A stretch of DNA of 64,000 nucleotides from positions 21,654 through 85,653 of the forward strand of contig NZ_JBNKPP010000092.1 of the NCBI RefSeq assembly GCF_050295395.1, written 5' to 3'. A model generated the notes under the pieces. The model was given only the letters and a program-made list of their open reading frames with translations. It did no database searches and was not told the DNA's origin. The stretch is from Agarivorans sp. Lineage in GTDB: Bacteria > Pseudomonadota > Gammaproteobacteria > Enterobacterales > Celerinatantimonadaceae. How positions within the stretch are numbered: position 1 is the stretch's first letter; the number at the start of each line of letters is the position of its first letter. The position numbers were made by a program, and so were the translations under genes. This document shows, piece after piece, positions 30,522 through 41,051 of this stretch.

Positions 30522-32312
30522 ATGCTGTTAAAGGAACTTTCGTCATTGGCTAGCCCACTGTCTGAGCAACAGGTACAACTGTTACAACAGGCAACGGCTG
30601 AGCTGTCGGTTACTCAACTTGCTTGGGTCAGTGGTTATCTAGCGGGCATTGGCCAAACTGCAGGCTTACAGGCTCCGCAGGCTCAAGCGCAGGCTGCAGC
30701 TAAGTTAACCATTGTTTACGCCTCACAAACCGGCAATGCCAAAGGTGTTGCTGAAGAATTGCATAGTGCGGCAGTGGCTAAGGATATTAACGCCGAGCTA
30801 GTCAATGTTGCCGATTACAAAGCCAAGAGCTTGAAAAATGAAACTCACTTATTGATCGTCGCCAGTACTAATGGTGAGGGTGAGCCGCCCGATGACGCTA
30901 TTGAGTTCCATGAATTTTTGTTTTCGAAGAAGGCTCCTAAACTCGATAAGCTTCACTACAGCGTGTTGGCCTTGGGTGATTCTAGCTATGAGTTTTTTTG
31001 TCAAACCGGTAAAGATTTTGACCAGCGCTTGGCTGAGTTGGGTGCTCAGCGAGTGTGCGAGCGGATTGACTGTGATGTGGACTATGATAAAGCCGCAGCG
31101 GACTGGACAGACAAAGCATTAAGCGAAATTCAGCAAACCTTAGCCAGTGCGCCCAGTGCATCGGTGGTAAGTCTACCTTTAGCAGGCACAGCTAGCAGCC
31201 AATACAATAAAAAGAACCCTTATGCAGCATCTTTGAGTGTTAGCCAGAAGATTACTGGTCGTGATTCGGCGAAAGATGTTCGTCATGTTGAAATTGACTT
31301 GGGTGATTCAGGTATTCAATACCAAGCCGGTGATGCTTTAGGGGTTTGGTTTGAAAATGACCGTGAGCTAGCCAGCCAAATTATTGCTCGCCTTGGTTTG
31401 TCTGAAGATGAGTCAGTACTGGTTGATGAGCAGCCACTGAGTTTGTTAGACGCCTTGGTTGAAAAGCTTGAGCTTACTCAAAGCAGTGCCAGCTTCGTAC
31501 AAGCTTGGGCGCAGTGGTCAGGCAGCAAAAAGCTGCAGGCGATAGTGGCCGATAAAGATAAACTCAGAGAATACGCAGCCAACCATCAGGTTATCGATGT
31601 TTTGCTAGAGAAAAAAGCTAAGGTGGCGGCGCAAGATTTTGTGGACGCTCTGCGCAAGCTGACTCCGCGCTTGTATTCAATTGCATCTGCTCAGGCTGAA
31701 GTTGAAGAGGAAGTGCATTTAACGGTGGGCGTGGTGCGTTACCAACAAGGTGACGAGCAGCGCTTAGGCGGCGCGTCTGGTTTCTTGGGCGCTCGCGCTG
31801 AAGAAGGTGCTAGCGTGAAAGTCTTCGTTGAGCATAACGATAACTTCCGTCTACCGAGCAATCCTGATACGCCTGTGATTATGATTGGCCCAGGCACCGG
31901 TATTGCGCCGTTCCGTGCCTTCATGCAGCAGCGTGATGCCAGTGATGCAGAAGGTAAAAACTGGTTATTCTTCGGTGATCAAACCTTCACCCAAGATTTC
32001 CTTTACCAAACTGAGTGGCAAGGCTACTTGAAGTCGGGCTTATTAACCAAATTGGATGTGGCGTTTTCTCGCGATCAAGCCGAAAAGATCTATGTACAAG
32101 ATCGCCTCAAAGAAAATGCGGCTGAAGTCTACCAATGGTTGGAAGAAGGGGCACACCTATACATATGTGGTGACGCTAATCGCATGGCCAAAGATGTGCA
32201 TCAGGCCTTGATTGAAATCATCGTTGAACAGGGCAAACAAAGCCCCGATCAAGCAGAAGAGTATTTAAAACAGTTACGCAGTGCTAAGCGTTACCAGAAG
32301 GATGTTTACTAA
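30522..32312 (+). CDS. cysJ: Assimilatory sulfite reductase flavoprotein
   Basis: Flavodoxin [33 protein letters not shown]; ATG 30522. Confidence 0.97.
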   Translation: MLLKELSSLASPLSEQQVQLLQQATAELSVTQLAWVSGYLAGIGQTAGLQAPQAQAQAAAKLTIVYASQTGNAKGVAEELHSAAVAKDINAELVNVADYKAKSLKNETHLLIVASTNGEGEPPDDAIEFHEFLFSKKAPKLDKLHYSVLALGDSSYEFFCQTGKDFDQRLAELGAQRVCERIDCDVDYDKAAADWTDKALSEIQQTLASAPSASVVSLPLAGTASSQYNKKNPYAASLSVSQKITGRDSAKDVRHVEIDLGDSGIQYQAGDALGVWFENDRELASQIIARLGLSEDESVLVDEQPLSLLDALVEKLELTQSSASFVQAWAQWSGSKKLQAIVADKDKLREYAANHQVIDVLLEKKAKVAAQDFVDALRKLTPRLYSIASAQAEVEEEVHLTVGVVRYQQGDEQRLGGASGFLGARAEEGASVKVFVEHNDNFRLPSNPDTPVIMIGPGTGIAPFRAFMQQRDASDAEGKNWLFFGDQTFTQDFLYQTEWQGYLKSGLLTKLDVAFSRDQAEKIYVQDRLKENAAEVYQWLEEGAHLYICGDANRMAKDVHQALIEIIVEQGKQSPDQAEEYLKQLRSAKRYQKDVY

Positions 32313-34015
32313 TGAGTTCTAAGTTAATTGTTGAAGGCCAGTTGTCAGATAATGAACGCCTAAAGCGAGAAAGTAACTTCCTACGAGGTACTATTGAGGA
32401 AGATTTAAAAGACCGTATTACCGGTGGCTTTAGCGCTGATAACTTCCAGTTGATCCGTTTTCACGGCATGTATCAACAAGATGACCGCGATATTCGCGCC
32501 GAGCGGGCCAAGCAAAAGTTGGAGCCCTTACATAACGTGATGTTACGTGCGCGGATGCCTGGTGGGATTATTCAGCCCAAGCAATGGCTAGCGATTGATA
32601 AGTTTGCCGCCGAACATACTATGTACGGCAGTATTCGCTTAACCACCCGTCAAACCTTTCAGTTTCACGGTGTATTAAAGCCCAATATCAAGTTAATGCA
32701 CCAAACGCTGAACAGCATTGGCATAGACTCGATTGCCACTGCGGGTGATGTGAACCGTAATGTACTGTGTACCAGTAACCCTGTTGAATCTGAGTTACAT
32801 CAGGAAGCTTACCAATGGGCGACTAAGATCAGTGAGCATCTATTACCTAAGACTCGCGCTTATGCCGAGATTTGGTTAGACGGTGAAAAAATTGAAGGCG
32901 GCGATGAAGAGCCTATTCTAGGTTCCAACTATCTACCTCGTAAGTTTAAAACCACGGTAGTGATCCCTCCGCACAACGATATAGATGTGCACGCTAACGA
33001 TCTTAACTTCGTGGCGATTGCTGAGGAAGGCAAATTAGTTGGCTTTAACGTGCTGGTAGGTGGTGGTTTAGCCATGACTCACGGTGACAAGTCAACCTAT
33101 CCTCGTCGCGCCGACGACTTTGGTTTTATTCCAGTTGAAAAAACCTTAGATGTGGCTGCAGCGGTAGTCACTACCCAACGTGATTGGGGTAACCGAGTCA
33201 ACCGTAAAAATGCCAAAACTAAGTACACCTTGGATCGGGTTGGCATCGATACTTTTAAGCAAGAAGTGGAAAAACGTGCCGGCATTAGCTTTGAGCCGAG
33301 TCGGGCCTACGAGTTTACTTCTCGCGGTGACCGCATTGGCTGGGTTGAAGGCATCGACGGTAAGTATCACTTAACTTTGTTCATCGAAAATGGTCGTTTA
33401 TTAGATTACCCTGGTAAAGCGCTAAAAACTGGGGTGGCTAAAATTGCCGAAATTCATCAAGGTGATTTTCGCATGACAGCCAACCAAAACTTGATAGTGG
33501 CGGGTGTGGCTGCGAAAGATAAAGCCAAAATTGAGCAGCTAGCTCGCGAACATGGCTTAATTGATGATAGCCATAGCCCGCAGCGTTTAAACTCGATGGC
33601 TTGTGTGGCTTTTCCAACTTGTCCATTAGCGATGGCTGAGGCCGAGCGCTACTTACCGGGCCTAGTGACAGAGGTAGAGCAACTACTAGCCAAGCATGAG
33701 ATGAGTGAACAGCATATCATCTTGCGTGTTACCGGTTGTCCTAATGGCTGTGGCCGCGCGATGTTGGCTGAGGCAGGTTTGGTGGGGAAAGGTCCAGGTA
33801 AATACAACCTCTACCTTGGTGGTAATCAAAGTGGAACACGTATCCCTAAGCTTTATCTAGAAGGGATTAGTGAACAACAGATTTTATCAGAGCTAGATGG
33901 CTTAATTGCGCGCTGGTCTAAAGAGCGTGAACAAGATGAGGCATTTGGTGATTTTGTCATTCGTGTCGGTATTGTCGCTGAAGTGAAAGTAAGCGCTAGG
34001 GATTTTCATGATTAG
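32312..34015 (+). CDS. cysI: Sulfite reductase hemoprotein
   Basis: [18 protein letters not shown] and GCPNGC siroheme/Fe-S ligands. Confidence 0.97.
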   Translation: MSSKLIVEGQLSDNERLKRESNFLRGTIEEDLKDRITGGFSADNFQLIRFHGMYQQDDRDIRAERAKQKLEPLHNVMLRARMPGGIIQPKQWLAIDKFAAEHTMYGSIRLTTRQTFQFHGVLKPNIKLMHQTLNSIGIDSIATAGDVNRNVLCTSNPVESELHQEAYQWATKISEHLLPKTRAYAEIWLDGEKIEGGDEEPILGSNYLPRKFKTTVVIPPHNDIDVHANDLNFVAIAEEGKLVGFNVLVGGGLAMTHGDKSTYPRRADDFGFIPVEKTLDVAAAVVTTQRDWGNRVNRKNAKTKYTLDRVGIDTFKQEVEKRAGISFEPSRAYEFTSRGDRIGWVEGIDGKYHLTLFIENGRLLDYPGKALKTGVAKIAEIHQGDFRMTANQNLIVAGVAAKDKAKIEQLAREHGLIDDSHSPQRLNSMACVAFPTCPLAMAEAERYLPGLVTEVEQLLAKHEMSEQHIILRVTGCPNGCGRAMLAEAGLVGKGPGKYNLYLGGNQSGTRIPKLYLEGISEQQILSELDGLIARWSKEREQDEAFGDFVIRVGIVAEVKVSARDFHD

Positions 34016-34760
34016 CTTTGATTTAGAACAGTTAGCCGCCTTGCCAGTAGAAGCAAGGTTAGCTGAGTTAGCTGAGGTGAACCAAGAGCTTGAAAGCTTG
34101 AGTGCCCAGCAGCGAGCAGAATGGGCTTTAGCCCATTTACCCCAGCAAGTGGTATTAACTTCTAGCTTTGGTATTCAAGCTGCGGTGAGTTTGCACATGC
34201 TGACCCAAATTAAACCGGATATTCCAGTGATATTGACCGATACCGGTTATTTATTTCCAGAAACCTACCGTTTCATCGACGAATTGACGGCGCGCCTGGG
34301 TTTAAATTTGAAGGTGTATCAGTCGAAGTTGTCGAATGCATGGCAAGAAGCGCGTTTTGGGAAGCTGTGGGAGCAAGGGGTAGAAGGGCTTAAGCAATAC
34401 AATACGCTTAACAAGGTTGAGCCGATGCAGCGCGCCTTTAAAGAGCTAGAAGTGCAGACTTGGTTTTCGGGTTTGCGCCGCAGTCAGTCTTCTACTCGCT
34501 CTGAGCTACCGGTATTACAAGTGCAAAATGGTGCCTTTAAAGTGTTACCGATTATTGATTGGAGCAATAAAGACGTTCATTACTACCTTAAAGAGCATAA
34601 CCTGCCATATCACCCGCTGTGGGAACAAGGCTATGTCTCTGTAGGAGACGTACAAACATCGCAACCTTTGCAAGCCGGAATGAGCGAAGAAGATACCCGT
34701 TTCTTTGGTTTGAAGCGTGAATGTGGCTTACACGAAGAAGTCGCCGGTAGCGGTATTTAA
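34008..34760 (+). CDS. cysH: PAPS reductase
   Basis: [26 protein letters not shown]. Confidence 0.96.
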   Translation: MISFDLEQLAALPVEARLAELAEVNQELESLSAQQRAEWALAHLPQQVVLTSSFGIQAAVSLHMLTQIKPDIPVILTDTGYLFPETYRFIDELTARLGLNLKVYQSKLSNAWQEARFGKLWEQGVEGLKQYNTLNKVEPMQRAFKELEVQTWFSGLRRSQSSTRSELPVLQVQNGAFKVLPIIDWSNKDVHYYLKEHNLPYHPLWEQGYVSVGDVQTSQPLQAGMSEEDTRFFGLKRECGLHEEVAGSGI

Positions 34761-34775
34761 GCTTGTTATGTTTAG

Positions 34776-34802
34776 AAAAACGCGGCTAAGTGCCGCGTTT
34801 TT
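34776..34802. terminator. Bidirectional intrinsic terminator
   Basis: AAAAACGCGGC-TAAGT-GCCGCGTTTTT between convergent genes. Confidence 0.85.
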
Positions 34803-35644
34803 TATTGCGGCGAAAAGTGCTTGTGCAGCAGTTGCTCTAGATGCTCTTGATAAGACTCTAGCACCGCTGGTTCAATTAGCTTAGCTAACTCGTCACCTGT
34901 TGGTGTGAAACGGTAGTACAGCAACTTACAGCCCTTAAAACGTGGTCGTAGGCTGTAATGGCTTTGACCATGAATAAGGCTGGTATCATGATGGGGCGAA
35001 GGGCTGATTTCTAATTCTCTGTCAAATATTAAACCCAACTCAATCAATTGCAGAATGTGGTTGTAGGGCATGCGGTGCTGCCCTAAGCTAATTTTGTCCC
35101 AGCGGGCTCTGACCAGCCCCAAATTACTAGCAGGACGAAGCACGCCTGTAATCAGCTTGTGGTTCTGTTCGCCGCCAAGAATGGAGCTTAATTGACAAGC
35201 TTGTTGAAACCAAGTGGCCTCACGTTGGGTCATCAGGGTTAGGCTGCGTAATGCTTTAACCGAAAAGCTCCCATGGGTGGCCAGTTCTTGACTCAGAATA
35301 TCGGCCCAAAGCATTTGCATGGTTTTAACTTGGGTTTGACAAGCCAGCTGCAAAAACTCGCTCATCCAGTCTGCGTCCGGCTCGCTGCCCACATCTTGCT
35401 CGCTGGTTTTTTGTGAGGCGTAGTAAAAAATATCCTCTAGATTTTTTTGTTGAGTGGCTTTTTCTACAATTGCGCGAGCTTGTGCTCGCTGAGACCAAGT
35501 TGATGTGGGCTTAGTGGGTTGTAGCCTTGCATCTAAGCCTCTCTGCTTGGCTAATTTGGCTAACTGCAACTTACCGTTTTCCACTTGGCTGGTCTTATTT
35601 TCAATAAATGGCTTGTTTGACATCGGGGGCTCCTCACTAGCCAT
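34802..35644 (-). CDS. Conserved hypothetical protein (resembles TIGR03899 family)
   Basis: QKNLE.I, D.DW...F, MQ.LWA.IL..E, GSFS.K.L..L..MT..EA motifs; family assignment from recall. Confidence 0.65.
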   Translation of the reverse strand: MASEEPPMSNKPFIENKTSQVENGKLQLAKLAKQRGLDARLQPTKPTSTWSQRAQARAIVEKATQQKNLEDIFYYASQKTSEQDVGSEPDADWMSEFLQLACQTQVKTMQMLWADILSQELATHGSFSVKALRSLTLMTQREATWFQQACQLSSILGGEQNHKLITGVLRPASNLGLVRARWDKISLGQHRMPYNHILQLIELGLIFDRELEISPSPHHDTSLIHGQSHYSLRPRFKGCKLLYYRFTPTGDELAKLIEPAVLESYQEHLEQLLHKHFSPQ

Positions 35645-35732
35645 GTTTTACTGAGAATTCAACAATAAAGCAAGTTTGCAATCGTTGTTAAAAGTGTTAA
35701 ATTTAGGTTAATTGGTTTATTGGGAGGTCGCA

Positions 35733-35837
35733 GTGTTAAAAAATCTTAGCTTGTGGACCAGACAACATAAAATATTGGCGGTATTGATAAGCGCATATGT
35801 GCTAACTTTGCTGATTTTAATGCTTATGTTTGAGTAG
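35733..35837 (+). CDS. Unannotated 34-aa single-pass membrane protein
   Basis: GGGAGG RBS, GTG start, MLKNLSLWTRQHKILAVLISAYVLTLLILMLMFE*, terminator immediately after. Confidence 0.6.
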   Translation: MLKNLSLWTRQHKILAVLISAYVLTLLILMLMFE

Positions 35838-35863
35838 GCGTAATCGCTTACGCCTGTTTGTTT
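35836..35863 (+). terminator. Intrinsic terminator (U-tract on the + side)
   Basis: AGGCGTAA-TCGC-TTACGCCT followed by GTTTGTTT. Confidence 0.7.
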
Positions 35864-36404
35864 AGATATTTTCTTTAATTAATGCAAGCACCTGCTTTAT
35901 CTCGTCTGCCTGCAATTCCCCTTCTTTGGCAAAAATCACCTTTCCTTTGGCATCAACTAAGATGATTGCTGACGATTTGCTTTTAAGCTGCCATTGCTCA
36001 AATAGCGCCCCTGCTTCATCTAAAACAAAGCTAGCGTGAGGAAATTGTTGTTTATTTTTCTTTAACTTGCTTTTCACCAAACCAGATGTGCCAAACATGG
36101 CATCGTTTAAATTGACCACGGTAACGGTTTGATAGGATTGTTCGGCGAACTTAGCCTGCTTTACCGCTTCTATCATTGGGGCATTGAGCTTTTTGGCGCT
36201 GCTTCTACCTGCTATCGCATGGATTAGCCTCACCTTACCGCTCAGCTCTTGGCTACTCCAAGGCTGGTAAGTGATCTCGTTATTGTTGAGTTCTAACTCT
36301 CCAGCTTGGCGAATTTCAACCTGAGGCAAGGGCTGGCCGGGTTGTATAGTTAGGGCCATCGCCCAGGCTGGCAAAAAACTAAGTAAAATGAATAAATGTT
36401 TCAC
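35862..36404 (-). CDS. ytfJ: YtfJ family protein
   Basis: Signal peptide, Y.PWSS.EL.GKVR.I..IAGR, YQT.T.VN..DA..GT. Confidence 0.85.
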   Translation of the reverse strand: MKHLFILLSFLPAWAMALTIQPGQPLPQVEIRQAGELELNNNEITYQPWSSQELSGKVRLIHAIAGRSSAKKLNAPMIEAVKQAKFAEQSYQTVTVVNLNDAMFGTSGLVKSKLKKNKQQFPHASFVLDEAGALFEQWQLKSKSSAIILVDAKGKVIFAKEGELQADEIKQVLALIKENI

Positions 36405-36478
36405 ATTGGCTTCCTTTTGTGGCGTCGTTACTCAGGTCAGACCTGTGTGAAACATTTATAACAAATTTTAAACAATTG

Positions 36479-37384
36479 TTAATAGAGCGCGTCGCTAATC
36501 ATTTGTACATCTGCGAGCAACATCTCTTTTATTAACTCCACAGAGCCAGAGACTAAAGTATGGGCGCGGTTGTCGATCATCACCGTGGGCCCTTCTATGC
36601 CACTGCTGGCATCAACCGTAAGCCAAGCTGGCGAAGCGCTGCCTACACTGCTGGCGGGGTAAACCATATACAATGGGTGCTCGGGGGCTATTTTGCTGAA
36701 TACGATGGCCAGTAATAGGGCTCGCTCGTCGCTGTCTGCGAGGTTGTCGGTTAATACGTCTATGGGCGAGCTAAAGCCAATATTGTTTTCTTGCTTCTGC
36801 GGAATGGTAAGTAGCCAAGCTTGTACTTCGGCTAAAGCTAGGTTGATATCTTGTTGTTTAAAGAACTCACCAAGGTCGTTAATCCGTTGTCGATTACGGT
36901 AGAAAAGCTGTGAATAGTTGGGGCGTACGCAAGGGTACTGAGCACCTCTAGGGTGAATACAGGGTAGTAAGCTCAAGTGACGAAAAGCGTCACGGGTGTA
37001 TTGTTGATAGGCTTCCCAGAGCAACTGAGAAGAAGGGCTATCATTTTGGCTACTTAAGGCTTTAAGTATGTCATCTACCCGCTGTTCAGGTTCATCGATG
37101 TATTGGTTGATCATGTTTACTGCGTGTCGCAGCCGCGGACTTAAGTAAGCACTAATGGCTTGAGAGGGATAGCTGAGGCTGTAGTTGAGCCGAAAGGTTT
37201 CTACTTTAGACTGGGCCAGCTGTTGTTCAGAAAATTGGAGGATGAGCTGTTGATATTTTCCCTGAGGTGTCTGCCAGTGCCATTCTGCACTCATTGCGGC
37301 TTGATTTGGCACTATTCTTTCGAGTTGAGTCGCCGATGCACAAGCACTAATAGTTAGCAGGTAAAACGCAACCATTCTTAACAT
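36479..37384 (-). CDS. Secreted hypothetical protein, transglutaminase-like region with degenerate active site
   Basis: Signal peptide; GFSSPIDVLTDNLADSDERALLLA resembles F..P..VL..N.GDCD.K..L. Confidence 0.45.
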   Translation of the reverse strand: MLRMVAFYLLTISACASATQLERIVPNQAAMSAEWHWQTPQGKYQQLILQFSEQQLAQSKVETFRLNYSLSYPSQAISAYLSPRLRHAVNMINQYIDEPEQRVDDILKALSSQNDSPSSQLLWEAYQQYTRDAFRHLSLLPCIHPRGAQYPCVRPNYSQLFYRNRQRINDLGEFFKQQDINLALAEVQAWLLTIPQKQENNIGFSSPIDVLTDNLADSDERALLLAIVFSKIAPEHPLYMVYPASSVGSASPAWLTVDASSGIEGPTVMIDNRAHTLVSGSVELIKEMLLADVQMISDALY

Positions 37385-37475
37385 AAAAGCCTCTCAGTGC
37401 TTATTGGCTATCTATTAACTAAATAGCACCGATTGGCTGTTTTGTTAAGTTTTCGTCTTTGTTGTTAATCCAGTG

Positions 37476-37715
37476 TTATTCTGGGCAGGCGCCGATTTGG
37501 TAAGAGCTGACCGCTGGATCGCCACAGGCAGAACAGGCGTTACCGTACTCAACTAATTCTCCGGCAACCTCGGCGCAAACTGGGTCATACTGCATAGTGC
37601 AAACCTCAGGACGAGGTTCTTGGCACAGTCCGTCAGCTCGCAACATGGTTTCAGGATTTTGGCTACAGGCGATTAATAGCGCAGAGAAAAGGGCAATAAC
37701 AAGATGCTTAATCAT
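37476..37715 (-). CDS. Small lipoprotein with Kazal-like Cys motif
   Basis: Lipobox LLIAC from ATG 37715; C..RPEVCTMQYDPVC...YGNACSAC. Confidence 0.7.
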   Translation of the reverse strand: MIKHLVIALFSALLIACSQNPETMLRADGLCQEPRPEVCTMQYDPVCAEVAGELVEYGNACSACGDPAVSSYQIGACPE

Positions 37716-37762
37716 GGGTAATAACCTAAACTTTAAAGAACTCAATTGTAGATGAAAAACTT

Positions 37763-38071
37763 ATGTGGCGTCGACTCATTTACCTTCTGTTCTGCTTCGC
37801 TCTGCCCTTGGCGGTAGCCAGTGCGGGGCAGATTATTGTGCAGAAGAGCTCTGATGAAAATAAAGTAGATATTTTTGCTTTAAAACAAGAATTGTTGCAG
37901 CAACACATTTGGCAACAACGGTTGCGCAATCAAGCCCAATTGCGCTGGTTAAGTACACTTCCCTTAGGCTGCATTTTTAGCCCGCAAGGTGATTATCAGT
38001 GTGGATTAACTTGGTATCGCCCTTACCGCTATCAACAGCAACAGTTATATATTGAAATTCCTCCGCAATAA
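37763..38071 (+). CDS. Small secreted hypothetical protein
   Basis: Signal peptide (LAVASA), Gln-rich, one Cys pair. Confidence 0.6.
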   Translation: MWRRLIYLLFCFALPLAVASAGQIIVQKSSDENKVDIFALKQELLQQHIWQQRLRNQAQLRWLSTLPLGCIFSPQGDYQCGLTWYRPYRYQQQQLYIEIPPQ

Positions 38072-38163
38072 TCTTCACTGATAAATTGCGACGAGCAGCA
38101 AAACTGTTCATCAATAAGTGCTATTCTAAACGTTGGTTTTTGGTCTCTAACACTCAGTATTTT

Positions 38164-39513
38164 ATGCATATTCATATTTTAGGTATTTGTGGCACCTTCA
38201 TGGGCGGCTTGGCTATGTTAGCCAAGGAGTCGGGCTTGCGGGTGACAGGTAGTGATTTAAACGTTTACCCGCCAATGAGCACTCAGCTCGAATCTTTAGG
38301 TATTGAACTGATCCAAGGTTACGACCCCTCGCAATTGCAACCTGCACCCGATTTAGTGGTGGTAGGAAATGCCATGAGCCGCGGTAATCCCTGTGTTGAA
38401 TATGTTTTAGATAAGGGGCTCAAATATTGCTCTGGGCCGGAGTGGTTAAAAAATTATATATTGGCCGAGCGCTGGGTTCTGGCGGTAGCGGGCACTCATG
38501 GTAAAACGACTACCGCCAGCATGTTAGCTTGGATTTTAGAAGATAACGGTATGCAACCGGGCTTTTTGATTGGTGGTGTTCCGCGTAATTTTTCCGGTTC
38601 GGCTCGCCTAGGCGGCAGTCCATTTTTTGTGGTGGAAGCCGATGAATATGATAGCGCGTTTTTTGATAAGCGGTCTAAGTTTGTACATTATCAGCCGCGG
38701 ACTTTAGTGATTAATAATTTGGAGTTTGATCATGCCGATATCTTCGATAATTTAGCCGCGATTGAAAAACAGTTTCACCATTTACTGCGCATTGTTCCTA
38801 GCACTGGTCGGGTGATCACACCTAGCGATAGCCCAGCGATTCAGCAGGTGCTTAATCAAGGTTGCTGGTCGGAATTAGAGCAGACGGGGGAAGGGAAGAA
38901 CTGGCAATGGCAAGCCTTGGCTAGTGACTTTAGTCGTTTGAAGATTTTATTAGATGGGGTCGAGCAGGGCGTCCTCAATTGGTCGCTAATCGGTCAGCAT
39001 AATGCCGAAAATGCGCTAATGGCAATTGCTGCCGCGAGGCATGTGGGGGTATTGCCTAGTTTGGCGATAAGCAGTCTAGCGAAATTTAAGCCACCTAAAC
39101 GGCGTTTGGAGCTATTGGCTGAACGTGATGGAATAAGGCTGTTCGATGATTTTGCTCATCATCCTAGCGCTATTCGTAGCACTTTAGCCGGGCTACGTGC
39201 CCAAGTGGGTTCAAAGCGCATTATTGCCATTTTGGAGGCTCGTTCAAATACCATGAGAATGGGCGTGCACCAGCAACATTTGGCAGAAAGCCTTCAGGAA
39301 GCGGATATGGTTTTACTCTATCAGCCCGATCCCAAGAATCAGTACATAGCCAATACTGCGGCACAACTCGCCCAGGCTCAAGTGATGAGTAATGTCGATG
39401 AAATGGTGCAGATGGTAGCAAACACTATGACCGGCGGCGATCAGCTTCTGATCATGAGCAATGGTGGATTTGAGGGAATACACGCTAAGTTGAAGGCTTT
39501 GCTGCAGCCTTAA
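38164..39513 (+). CDS. mpl: Murein peptide ligase Mpl
   Basis: MHIHILGICGTFMGGLA start at 38164, GTHGKTTT, EADEYD, DDFAHHP. Confidence 0.96.
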   Translation: MHIHILGICGTFMGGLAMLAKESGLRVTGSDLNVYPPMSTQLESLGIELIQGYDPSQLQPAPDLVVVGNAMSRGNPCVEYVLDKGLKYCSGPEWLKNYILAERWVLAVAGTHGKTTTASMLAWILEDNGMQPGFLIGGVPRNFSGSARLGGSPFFVVEADEYDSAFFDKRSKFVHYQPRTLVINNLEFDHADIFDNLAAIEKQFHHLLRIVPSTGRVITPSDSPAIQQVLNQGCWSELEQTGEGKNWQWQALASDFSRLKILLDGVEQGVLNWSLIGQHNAENALMAIAAARHVGVLPSLAISSLAKFKPPKRRLELLAERDGIRLFDDFAHHPSAIRSTLAGLRAQVGSKRIIAILEARSNTMRMGVHQQHLAESLQEADMVLLYQPDPKNQYIANTAAQLAQAQVMSNVDEMVQMVANTMTGGDQLLIMSNGGFEGIHAKLKALLQP

Positions 39514-39528
39514 AAAAGATGCGCTGAC

Positions 39529-39556
39529 AAAAAAGGGCCCTTTGGGGGCCCTGTTT
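39529..39556. terminator. Intrinsic terminator between mpl and the TetR regulator
   Basis: AAAAAAGGGCCC-TTTGG-GGGCCCTGTTT. Confidence 0.8.
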
Positions 39557-39561
39557 ACTGA

Positions 39562-40179
39562 TTACTGACCGGGTGGTCGTAATAGTGACAACACGAAGTC
39601 ATTCAAGAAGTCTACTACTTCTTGACGCTCAGGGCTGTCTGGTCGATTAATCATTTGTACCGCTAGGTACAAACCGGCGTTAATCGCTTGAGCAGCTTGA
39701 AGAGCGTTAAGTGCACTAGTGATTTCTTTATTGTCGAATCCAGCTTGAATGCTGTCGCCAATTTGTTGGTTAATTTTAGCCATTACTGCGCTAAAACGTG
39801 GCCATACGTCTTCGCGAACCGAAGAGCTCCATTCTAACCAGATGTGAATGACATCAGAGTTACTATAGGCCAACTCAACTAAACCTGATAAATGCTGCTG
39901 TACAGCAGTTAGAGCGTTTTCATCGCTAGGATAGGTTTGTCCAACCAAGCCCAACATGGTTTGCTCAACTTCTGATAAAACAGCGTCAACAAGGTCTTCG
40001 CGGGTATTAAAGTAGTTAAATACCGTGGCTACAGAAACATTTGCTAATTCAGCGATTTCGGCGTGACCGGCACGACCAATACCTCGGCGAGCAAAGATTT
40101 CAATGGCACATTGCATGAGTTGTTTACGGCGGACTTCCGGCGACAGCCGAGTACGGCGTCTTAGAGTGCTAGTTTGCAT
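39562..40179 (-). CDS. HapR/LuxR/SmcR/LitR-type TetR quorum-sensing master regulator homolog
   Basis: RTRLSP..R..QLM..A.E.FARRGIGR.GHA.IAE.A.VSVATVFNYF.TREDLVD; W.EWS.S.R..VWP; divergent from hpt as in Vibrio. Confidence 0.85.
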   Translation of the reverse strand: MQTSTLRRRTRLSPEVRRKQLMQCAIEIFARRGIGRAGHAEIAELANVSVATVFNYFNTREDLVDAVLSEVEQTMLGLVGQTYPSDENALTAVQQHLSGLVELAYSNSDVIHIWLEWSSSVREDVWPRFSAVMAKINQQIGDSIQAGFDNKEITSALNALQAAQAINAGLYLAVQMINRPDSPERQEVVDFLNDFVLSLLRPPGQ

Positions 40180-40463
40180 AGTTTGTTCTCGCGTTTGTTA
40201 TTCATTTTTTTATGAGGTATTTCTTGTTTACCATTTTGGACAAAAATCATCTAAAATGTGCCGCTCAGTTTAAGAGAGCCGCTAAAATTTGAATACCTTC
40301 GACTAAAGCATAGTGTATTTATAAGCTAATTAATAGTTATTGATATAAGTAACTACAGGTTTGGTTGTTAATTTTTTGATATTTATTGTGTTTTTTTTAT
40401 TCTGCTTATATTTGTGTTAGATAAGTTTTTGCTGAGTATTCAGCCAGTTAATAGGTTCGTATT

Positions 40464-40994
40464 ATGAAACATCGCGTAGAAGAAATGATCAGTGAGCAGG
40501 AAATTGCTCAACGTGTCGCAGCAATAGGGAAAGAAATCAACTCGAAATTCTCCTCTGACCGTAAACTGGTGCTCATCGGCCTATTACGCGGTTCATGTAT
40601 CTTTTTGTCTGACTTGGCTCGTCAGATTGACCGTAAACTCACTTTAGATTTTATGACGGTATCGAGCTACGGCAGTAGCATGGTGAGTACCCGTGATGTT
40701 CGTGTATTAAAAGATTTAGATGATGATATCAAAGACTGCGATGTGATTATCGTGGAAGACATTATTGATACCGGCAATACCTTGAGCAAGGTGCGTGACA
40801 TGCTGGCATTGCGTGAGCCACATAGTGTAAGTATTTGCACGTTACTGGATAAACCTTCGCGTCGTGAGGTTGATGTGCCGGTAGATTGGGTTGGCTTTAC
40901 CATCCCCGATGAATTTGTTATCGGTTATGGACTTGATTTTGACCAATACTATCGCAATCTACCTTATGTAGGGAAAGTGATACCGCTAGACTAG
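40464..40994 (+). CDS. hpt: Hypoxanthine phosphoribosyltransferase
   Basis: [27 protein letters not shown]. Confidence 0.96.
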   Translation: MKHRVEEMISEQEIAQRVAAIGKEINSKFSSDRKLVLIGLLRGSCIFLSDLARQIDRKLTLDFMTVSSYGSSMVSTRDVRVLKDLDDDIKDCDVIIVEDIIDTGNTLSKVRDMLALREPHSVSICTLLDKPSRREVDVPVDWVGFTIPDEFVIGYGLDFDQYYRNLPYVGKVIPLD

Positions 40995-41006
40995 TGGTTC
41001 TTCATC

Positions 41007-41028
41007 AGGCCCCAAGGGGCCTTTTTTT
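41007..41028 (+). terminator. Intrinsic terminator after hpt
   Basis: AGGCCC-CAAG-GGGCCT-TTTTTT. Confidence 0.85.
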
Positions 41029-41051
41029 ATTTTTCAATTTAAGTTGTCATT

